A model generated the notes under the pieces. The model made no database searches and was not told where the DNA came from. It was given only the letters and a program-made list of their open reading frames with translations. The position numbers were made by a program, and so were the translations under genes. This document shows positions 14,124 through 20,000 of a stretch of 20,000 nt of DNA, piece after piece. Position 1 is the first letter of the stretch. Each line of letters begins with the position of its first letter. This DNA is from an uncultured virus (IMG/VR IMGVR_UViG_3300007539_000015) (lineage: Duplodnaviria; Heunggongvirae; Uroviricota; Caudoviricetes): the IMG/VR virus record IMGVR_UViG_3300007539_000015; one strand, 5' to 3'.

Positions 14124-15829
14124 GTTGGAAGAAACACTTTACTCCAGTAGCCACAAGTATGAATGTTGGCGGTAGCTATTCGCCTTTTAGCTTTAACAAA
14201 GGCCAAGGCGTAGGTCCAGCAGCAGCAAACTACAGTTCTCACTTACCAGATGTTTATGTTGGTTCACCAAACCGTATTGAACGCTATGGTCAATACAACA
14301 CCATGGACAACGACAGTGAAGTAAATGCTGCTCTTGACATACTTGCAGAGTTCTGTTCGCAGAAAAACAAAGAAAATCAAACTCCATTTAAACTGGTATT
14401 CAGCAAAGCACCAACCAACACTGAAGTTCAAGTAATTGGCCAGTATCTTAAACAGTGGTGCAAGATACAAGAATTTGAAAAGCGTATCTTTAAAATTATT
14501 AGAAACGTGTTTAAGTTTGGCGATCAGTTCTTTATTAGAGATCCAGAAACACAAAAGTGGTTTCATGTTGATCCAGCCAATGTAACTAAAATTATTGTTA
14601 ACGAATCACAAGGCAAACGTCCAGAACAGTATATTGTCAAAGACATTAACATTGCCTTTGAAGCACTGAGTGCAACAAAAATCAACACAAATCAAGCATA
14701 TGGCCCAGGCGGCGGCGCTGGCTATCAAACACTTGATCAAAAATATATGACAGGAAGAACACCTGACAGCAACAACAGTAGATTTGGCAACGAAGCAAAT
14801 GAAACAGCAGTTGATGCACAACATGTGGTTCACTTGTCAATGAGCGAAGGATTAGACCAAAACTTTCCTTTTGGCAACAGTTTGCTAGAAAGTATTTTCA
14901 AAGTATACAAGCAAAAAGAACTGCTTGAAGATGCGATTATTATCTATCGTGTCCAACGTGCGCCTGAGCGCAGAGTATTCTACGTTGATGTGGGCAACAT
15001 GCCATCACACCTTGCTATGCAGTTTGTGGAGCGTGTAAAAACGGAAATTCATCAAAGAAGAATCCCATCCAAGACAGGCGGTGGCCAAACAGTCATAGAC
15101 AGCAGTTACAACCCGCTATCAATTAACGAAGACTACTTCTTTCCTCAAACTGCTGAAGGCCGCGGCAGTAAGGTTGAAACACTACCAGGCGGAACAAATC
15201 TGGGAGAAATTGACGATTTAAAGTATTTTACAAACAAATTACTACGTGGCTTGCGTATTCCTTCGAGCTACTTGCCAACTGGCGCAGATGACAGTGCAAG
15301 CCAATACAATGATGGTAGAGTGGGCACAGCGTATATTCAAGAATTGCGTTTCAACAATTATTGCGAACGCTTGCAAAGCATGATTACTGATGTTTTTAAC
15401 AATGAATTCAAACTGTATCTCAATAAGAAAGGTATCAATGTCGATGTTGCTATGTTTGATCTAAAACTGCAACCTCCGCAAAACTTTGCAAGCTATAGAC
15501 AAGCTGAACTTGATAACAACAGAATATCAACTTTTGCACAAATGCAACAAATTCCGTTTATTTCCAATAGATTTGCTCTTGGACGTTTCTTAGGATTGAG
15601 CAAAGAGGAAATTGCAGAAAACGAAAGACTGTGGCGTGAAGAAAACGACGAATACTTTAATGCAGGTGATGTTGATGCGGCAGCACAATTAAGAGATGCA
15701 GGTATCACCGGAAGCGACATCAATAATGATTTAGAAGCTACAGCAGGAGATGAAGTAGAAACTGACGATATTGCAGCTGGAGGTGACGAAACTGCGGTAG
15801 GAGCAGACGATACTGCAACAGAGGCATAA
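14120..15829 (+). CDS. gp20: Portal vertex protein, T4 gp20-like
   Basis: LLEDAIIIYRVQRAPERRVFYVDVGNMP and EDYFFPQTAEGRGSKVETLPGG are hallmark gp20 motifs; acidic C-terminal tail. Confidence 0.97.
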   Translation: MSWKKHFTPVATSMNVGGSYSPFSFNKGQGVGPAAANYSSHLPDVYVGSPNRIERYGQYNTMDNDSEVNAALDILAEFCSQKNKENQTPFKLVFSKAPTNTEVQVIGQYLKQWCKIQEFEKRIFKIIRNVFKFGDQFFIRDPETQKWFHVDPANVTKIIVNESQGKRPEQYIVKDINIAFEALSATKINTNQAYGPGGGAGYQTLDQKYMTGRTPDSNNSRFGNEANETAVDAQHVVHLSMSEGLDQNFPFGNSLLESIFKVYKQKELLEDAIIIYRVQRAPERRVFYVDVGNMPSHLAMQFVERVKTEIHQRRIPSKTGGGQTVIDSSYNPLSINEDYFFPQTAEGRGSKVETLPGGTNLGEIDDLKYFTNKLLRGLRIPSSYLPTGADDSASQYNDGRVGTAYIQELRFNNYCERLQSMITDVFNNEFKLYLNKKGINVDVAMFDLKLQPPQNFASYRQAELDNNRISTFAQMQQIPFISNRFALGRFLGLSKEEIAENERLWREENDEYFNAGDVDAAAQLRDAGITGSDINNDLEATAGDEVETDDIAAGGDETAVGADDTATEA

Positions 15830-15832
15830 ATA
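15827..15832 (+). promoter_or_regulatory. Late promoter core TAAATA
   Basis: CATAAATAATACTATG overlaps the portal stop; the next ATG is 5 nt after the motif. Confidence 0.55.
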
Positions 15833-15837
15833 ATACT

Positions 15838-16089
15838 ATGATACTACGTGAGTTATATTATTTTGATAAACAGACTATGGAACCCAAAGAGGACCAGAGA
15901 TACATCGCCGACGACGACGAAACACCAATTTCAATGGATGATACAAGAAAAACTAGACTCACGCTAAAAGATATAAACAGGGCACGTAGGGCAGACGATG
16001 CTCATAAAAGAGAAGCTGAAAAAGACTTACTATATGTTAGGGCAATGTATGGACTAGCTGCTCAAGGTGGTGAAGAAGCATTAGCATAG
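15838..16089 (+). CDS. Small head-module hypothetical protein
   Basis: 83-aa ORF directly after the portal (the position of gp67/gp68 in T4); DDTRKTRLTLKDINRARR. Confidence 0.75.
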   Translation: MILRELYYFDKQTMEPKEDQRYIADDDETPISMDDTRKTRLTLKDINRARRADDAHKREAEKDLLYVRAMYGLAAQGGEEALA

Positions 16090-16099
16090 GAGTCAATTA

Positions 16100-16861
16100 T
16101 TGCCCAAAGTATATATTCCTGGCGAAACTAAAGCTCAAAGAAAAGCAAGAAAAAAAGAAGAGAAAGCAGCTATAAATCAAGCAGCTAAACTTCATGCACG
16201 GGTAAGAGAATTACCTAAACCTCCTCCGCCACCTATAAGCCCAGGTCCTAGCGATCAAATAAAACAAACTGACACTTGTTTTGTATTAGGCAATGGAACC
16301 AGTAGAAAAGGCATAATTTTAGAAGAACTACGCCCGCTTGGCACAATTTATGGTTGTAATGCTTTGTATAGAGAGTTTATTCCTGATTATTTGGTAGCAG
16401 TTGATACAAAAATGATTAGGGAAATATCAACTAACGGTTATCAACACAAGTATCCAGTATGGACAAATCCTAACAAGTATAGTAGAAGTGTGCAAAATAT
16501 AAACCTATTTCAACCTAATCTTGGTTGGAGCAGTGGACCTACTGCATTGAACTTTGCAAGTCAACAAAAACCCAAAGAAATATACATTCTTGGTTTTGAC
16601 TATCAAGGCATAGGTATTAGAAATGAATTGGTAAACAATATGTATGCTGGCACCGAAAACTATAAAAACATCAATGATAGAGCAACTTATTTTGGAAATT
16701 GGGAAAGACAAACAGCAAGTGTAATTCAAAAAAATCCAAAAATTAGATATATAAGAGTAGTTCCTGAAGAAGGATTTTTTACTCCAAAAAGTTTAGAAGG
16801 ACACGATAATTTAAGACACATTACTATAGAAAAATTTAAAAAATCTTTAAAATTATCATAA
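16100..16861 (+). CDS. Putative glycosyltransferase-like protein (sialyltransferase Cst-II / Maf / DUF115-like Rossmann fold)
   Basis: CFVLGNGTSR, YGCNALY, DYLVAVD, SSGPTAL and IYILGFD follow the GNGxS..N..(S/T)SG...IYxxGxD pattern of this superfamily. Basic, Pro-rich N-terminal leader; TTG start with AGGAG RBS at 16088-16092. Confidence 0.6.
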   Translation: MPKVYIPGETKAQRKARKKEEKAAINQAAKLHARVRELPKPPPPPISPGPSDQIKQTDTCFVLGNGTSRKGIILEELRPLGTIYGCNALYREFIPDYLVAVDTKMIREISTNGYQHKYPVWTNPNKYSRSVQNINLFQPNLGWSSGPTALNFASQQKPKEIYILGFDYQGIGIRNELVNNMYAGTENYKNINDRATYFGNWERQTASVIQKNPKIRYIRVVPEEGFFTPKSLEGHDNLRHITIEKFKKSLKLS

Positions 16862-16862
16862 G

Positions 16863-16907
16863 TGCGCACAAAATAGGCTCGTTTGAGCCCATTTCTGCGT
16901 ATATTTT
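16863..16907 (+). terminator. Stem-loop after the glycosyltransferase-like gene (possible terminator or processing site)
   Basis: GGCTC-GTTT-GAGCC (16876-16889) inside an imperfect outer stem TGCGCA../..TGCGTA (16863-16901), followed by a short T-run. Confidence 0.45.
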
Positions 16908-16918
16908 CCTATAAAGTG

Positions 16919-16924
16919 TAAATA
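16919..16924 (+). promoter_or_regulatory. Late promoter core TAAATA for the core-protease-scaffold-capsid operon
   Basis: GTAAATAT upstream of the AAGGAG RBS (16946-16951) and ATG 16958. Confidence 0.6.
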
Positions 16925-16957
16925 TAACTGACAGCCTTGACAATAAAGGAGAATGAC

Positions 16958-17863
16958 ATGACTGATCAAACAAAATTCGAGGAAATGCTCGAAAAACTAG
17001 TTAACGAGGACCGTGATGGCGCAGAAGCACTATTCCACGAAATCGTTGTAGAAAAATCAAGAGAAATTTATCAAAACATTTTAGACGAAGCTGACGAAGA
17101 AGTTGAAGAGACTACAGATGAAGAAGTAGATGAAGCAACTGACGAAGAAGTAGACGAGTCAGAAGATGACGATCTAGATGAAGCAACTGATGAAGAAGTT
17201 GACGAGTCAGAAGATGACGATCTAGACGAAATGTTTGGACTAGATGAGCCAGAAATGGAAGCAGATCCAGCAATGGACATGATAGGTGACATTGAAGGTG
17301 GCGACGAAGGCGACATGGACATGGACGACGAAGGCGACGACGACGAAGAAGCCGAAGGTCCAGAAGAAGCAATGGCTGATCTAGAAGATGCACTAGAAGC
17401 ATTAAAAGCAGAATTTGAAAAAATGATGGGTGACGAAGAGCCAGGCGACGAAGAGCCAGAAGAAGAAGCAATGGCATTCGAAGCAGATGACGAAGAAGTT
17501 GAAGAAGCAGCTGACGAAGAAGTTGAAGAAGCAGCTGACGAAGAAGTTGAAGAGTCAAAAGAGGCAAAAACAGCAAGCGAACAAATGCGTGAGTATGTAG
17601 AAAAAATCACACCAAAAATGGGTGATACTGGCACAAACGGCACAAAATCAGCAGTAGCAGGTAAAAACGATATGGGCGGAACATCTGCAAATATCGCACA
17701 AGGTTCAGCTGATGAAAAAGGCGGAACAGGCGCAGCAGCACCAAAAGAAGATAGCGCAGGGAATGTTAACACTCCAGGCGGTAAGGCTTCAAAATCAATG
17801 AAGTCGCAAAGCCCAGCGAAAGCTGGAGAAGCAGCCAACAAAAAACCTGTAATGGGTGGCTGA
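16958..17863 (+). CDS. Highly acidic prohead core-like protein (gp67/gp68 position)
   Basis: Start moved to ATG 16958 (AAGGAG 6 nt upstream), giving 301 aa. Very D/E-rich, located immediately upstream of the prohead protease. Confidence 0.75.
   Translation: MTDQTKFEEMLEKLVNEDRDGAEALFHEIVVEKSREIYQNILDEADEEVEETTDEEVDEATDEEVDESEDDDLDEATDEEVDESEDDDLDEMFGLDEPEMEADPAMDMIGDIEGGDEGDMDMDDEGDDDEEAEGPEEAMADLEDALEALKAEFEKMMGDEEPGDEEPEEEAMAFEADDEEVEEAADEEVEEAADEEVEESKEAKTASEQMREYVEKITPKMGDTGTNGTKSAVAGKNDMGGTSANIAQGSADEKGGTGAAAPKEDSAGNVNTPGGKASKSMKSQSPAKAGEAANKKPVMGG
17129..17224 (+). repeat. 2 x 48-nt tandem repeat (DEATDEEVDESEDDDL)
   Basis: Units start at 17129 and 17177 and differ only at synonymous positions. 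Confidence 0.9.
17489..17553 (+). repeat. ~2.7 x 24-nt perfect tandem repeat (DEEVEEAA)
   Basis: GACGAAGAAGTTGAAGAAGCAGCT at 17489 and 17513, with a partial copy at 17537. Confidence 0.9.
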
Positions 17864-17880
17864 TAAGTTAAGGAGTTTAG

Positions 17881-18507
17881 ATGTTTCGATTAACTGAATG
17901 TCTGAGTTTTGACCAAGCTAGAATGGTCGTTGAGTCTGCTGAAAACGATACAGGCGGTAAAGATTTGCACATGAAAGGCATCTTTATCCAGGGTGGAGTT
18001 CTTAACGCAAATAAGCGTGTCTATCCAGTAGAAGAAATTGGCAGGGCTGTCACCACGCTCAATGAGCAGATAGCTAACGGATACTCAGTGTGCGGTGAAG
18101 TCGATCATCCTGAAGGACTTAATATTAACTTAGATCGTGTAAGCCATATGATCACAGATATGTGGATGGATGGCCCAAACGGTTATGGTAAGTTGAAGAT
18201 TTTACCAACTCCGATGGGACAACTAGTTAAAACAATGCTTGAAAGCGGAGTAAAATTAGGTGTTTCATCGAGAGGTAGTGGTGAAGTTGATAACCAAGGT
18301 AATGTCCAAGGTTTTGAAATAATCACTGTGGACGTTGTGGCTCAGCCCAGCGCCCCTGGTGCATATCCAACTCCAATTTACGAACAACTCATGAATGAAA
18401 AAGGTGGATATAAGGCATTTCTCACAAGTAGAGAAGTTCAAGGCGATCCAAAGGCACAAAAATACATTGCAGAGAGCTTATTAAACATAATAAGCAGGCT
18501 CCAATAA
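17881..18507 (+). CDS. gp21: Prohead core protease, T4 gp21-like
   Basis: KGIFIQ..VLNANKRVYP, GEVDHP (catalytic His), GVSSRGSG (catalytic Ser), DVVAQPSAPGA; AAGGAG RBS. Confidence 0.96.
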   Translation: MFRLTECLSFDQARMVVESAENDTGGKDLHMKGIFIQGGVLNANKRVYPVEEIGRAVTTLNEQIANGYSVCGEVDHPEGLNINLDRVSHMITDMWMDGPNGYGKLKILPTPMGQLVKTMLESGVKLGVSSRGSGEVDNQGNVQGFEIITVDVVAQPSAPGAYPTPIYEQLMNEKGGYKAFLTSREVQGDPKAQKYIAESLLNIISRLQ

Positions 18508-18518
18508 AGGAGAAAATA

Positions 18519-19604
18519 ATGGAAGCACTAAAATCCCTTTTAGAAAGCGATGTAATTTCAGAAGTAATGAAACAAGAAATTGAAGAAGCGTGGAATAGTA
18601 AAGTGGAAGAAAACCGCCTTGCTGTTACTAGTGAACTTCGTGAGGAATTTGCAAAAAAATATGAGCACGATAAAGGTGTGATGATTGAAGCTATTGATAC
18701 TATGGTAACTGAAAAGTTAACTGAAGAAATGGCTGAGTTTGCAGAAGACCGTAAGCAACTTGCTGAACAAAAAGCAAAATATGCAGTAGCTATGAAAGAA
18801 AATGCAAACTTGATGAATAAGTTTGTAACAGAAACATTAGCTAAAGAGGTCGGAGAACTACACGAAGATCAAAAAGCTATGGCTAACAAGTTTACCGTGC
18901 TTGAAGAATTTGTTGTTGAACAACTTGCAAAAGAAATTGCAGAGTTTAATGAAGACAAAAAAGACCTTGCTGAAACAAAAGTGCGCCTAGTGCGCGAAGG
19001 TAAGGCACACTTCGAAAAAGTCCGCAAAAACTTTATCGAAAGAAGTGCTAAAGCAATCTCTGAAACAGTTGACTCAGCCCTACGTGGAGAAATTAGTCAA
19101 CTTAAAGAAGATATTGACGCAGCACGTCAAAATGATTTTGGTAGAAAGATTTTTGAAGCATTTGCTAATGAATACATGGGTTCACACCTAAACGAAAAAT
19201 CAGAAGCCAAAAAGTTATTGAAAGTTGTTGATGCGAAAGACAAACAAATTGCAGAAGCAAAAGAATTAGCAATAAAAGCTAAAACTATTGCAGAAGCAAG
19301 AGATGCAGAGGTTAAGCGTCTAGTCGAAGCACAAGAACGTTCAAAAGTAATGAACGAACTTATTGGACCTTTAAGCAAGGACCAAAAAGACATTATGACA
19401 GACTTACTGGAATCAGTTCAAACTGCAAAACTACGTTCTGCATTTGATAAGTATCTTCCATCAGTAATTGATGGCAATAGTCCAGCAAAGCAGAAGGCAC
19501 AGCTTACAGAGGCAAAAGAAATTACAGGCAATAAAGAAACACAAAGTTCTAACTCACCAAGCGATCACAATGTCGTAGACATTAAACGCTTGGCTGGAAT
19601 ATAA
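18519..19604 (+). CDS. gp22: Prohead scaffolding protein, T4 gp22-like
   Basis: 361-aa E/K/A-rich coiled coil between the protease and the major capsid gene; AAGGAG RBS. Confidence 0.85.
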   Translation: MEALKSLLESDVISEVMKQEIEEAWNSKVEENRLAVTSELREEFAKKYEHDKGVMIEAIDTMVTEKLTEEMAEFAEDRKQLAEQKAKYAVAMKENANLMNKFVTETLAKEVGELHEDQKAMANKFTVLEEFVVEQLAKEIAEFNEDKKDLAETKVRLVREGKAHFEKVRKNFIERSAKAISETVDSALRGEISQLKEDIDAARQNDFGRKIFEAFANEYMGSHLNEKSEAKKLLKVVDAKDKQIAEAKELAIKAKTIAEARDAEVKRLVEAQERSKVMNELIGPLSKDQKDIMTDLLESVQTAKLRSAFDKYLPSVIDGNSPAKQKAQLTEAKEITGNKETQSSNSPSDHNVVDIKRLAGI

Positions 19605-19614
19605 GGAGAAGAAA

Positions 19615-20000
19615 ATGTCAGAACTATTAGAAAGTCGCTGGCAGGAGACAAAAAGTGCCTTGACTGAAGGCCTAAAAGGCAACAAAAAAGCTGTTATGGA
19701 AACAACTCTTGAAAATACTCGTAAGCATTTGATGGAGACTGCAACAGCTGGTGCTACTTCTGCTGGTAATGTCGCAACATTAAACCGTGTGATCCTCCCA
19801 GTGATCAGACGTGTTATGCCAACCGTTATTGCTAACGAGTTGGTCGGCGTTCAGCCAATGACTGGTCCAGTTGGTCAAATCCACACATTGAGAGTTCGTT
19901 ATGCAGACGCATTCAACTCATCAAGTGGAACAGATACCGCAGCAGGTGATGAAGCTCTTAGCCCATTCAAAATTGCTGAAGGTTATTCTGGTGCAGCTGA
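19615..20000 (+). CDS. gp23: Major capsid protein, T4 gp23-like (5' part; runs off the right edge)
   Basis: AAGGAG then ATG 19615. MSELLESRWQETK...VILPVIRRVMPTVIANELVGVQPMTGPVGQIHTLRVRY contains the gp23 hallmark GVQPMTGPxG. Open to the end of the window; not in the ORF track. Confidence 0.97.
   Translation, partial: MSELLESRWQETKSALTEGLKGNKKAVMETTLENTRKHLMETATAGATSAGNVATLNRVILPVIRRVMPTVIANELVGVQPMTGPVGQIHTLRVRYADAFNSSSGTDTAAGDEALSPFKIAEGYSGAA

Noticed and set aside
16937..16965. TTGACA as a sigma70 -35 box, and TTG 16937 as the start codon
   Set aside because: No -10 hexamer at 16-18 nt spacing; the AAGGAG RBS points to ATG 16958.
17129..17553. Repeats as a CRISPR-like array
   Set aside because: Units are directly tandem with no unique spacers, have lengths in multiples of 3, and vary at synonymous positions, so they are coding repeats.
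17071..17841. Long antisense ORFs (256-aa Ser-rich and 154-aa Leu-rich)
   Set aside because: Shadows of the GAA/GAC-rich acidic gene, whose reverse complement lacks stop codons.
1..20000. Alternative genetic code / stop-codon reassignment
   Set aside because: Core genes are full length under the standard bacterial code, and TAA, TGA and TAG all occur as gene ends.

Overview
AT-rich segment of a large T4-related (myovirus-type) dsDNA phage genome, probably environmental; the host cannot be determined from this window. From left to right it contains: a minus-strand baseplate/hub cluster (partial gp5-like spike, a 982-aa hub-like protein, gp53/LysM-like wedge, tube-initiator-like protein); a plus-strand gp55 late sigma factor, gp47/gp46 (Mre11/Rad50-like) nuclease, a small ORF and a stand-alone GIY-YIG nuclease; an unexplained ~360-nt non-coding region with a ~48% GC, heavily base-paired and pseudoknotted core (8657-9020); two orphan ORFs; a gp26-like/gp51-like pair; a tape-measure-like gene; and the head module (portal gp20, small ORF, a glycosyltransferase-like insert, acidic core protein, protease gp21, scaffold gp22, start of major capsid gp23). 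Two signals stand out. (1) A candidate large structured RNA begins at the GIY-YIG stop codon, suggesting a possible RNA-associated nuclease or ribozyme system. (2) A well-formed -1 ribosomal frameshift cassette (A AAT TTT TTC, 6-nt spacer, strong stem) would fuse the gp26-like and gp51-like ORFs into a 359-aa protein, like lambda gpG/gpGT. Gene calls come from recognising motifs and synteny by eye; no database search was run.
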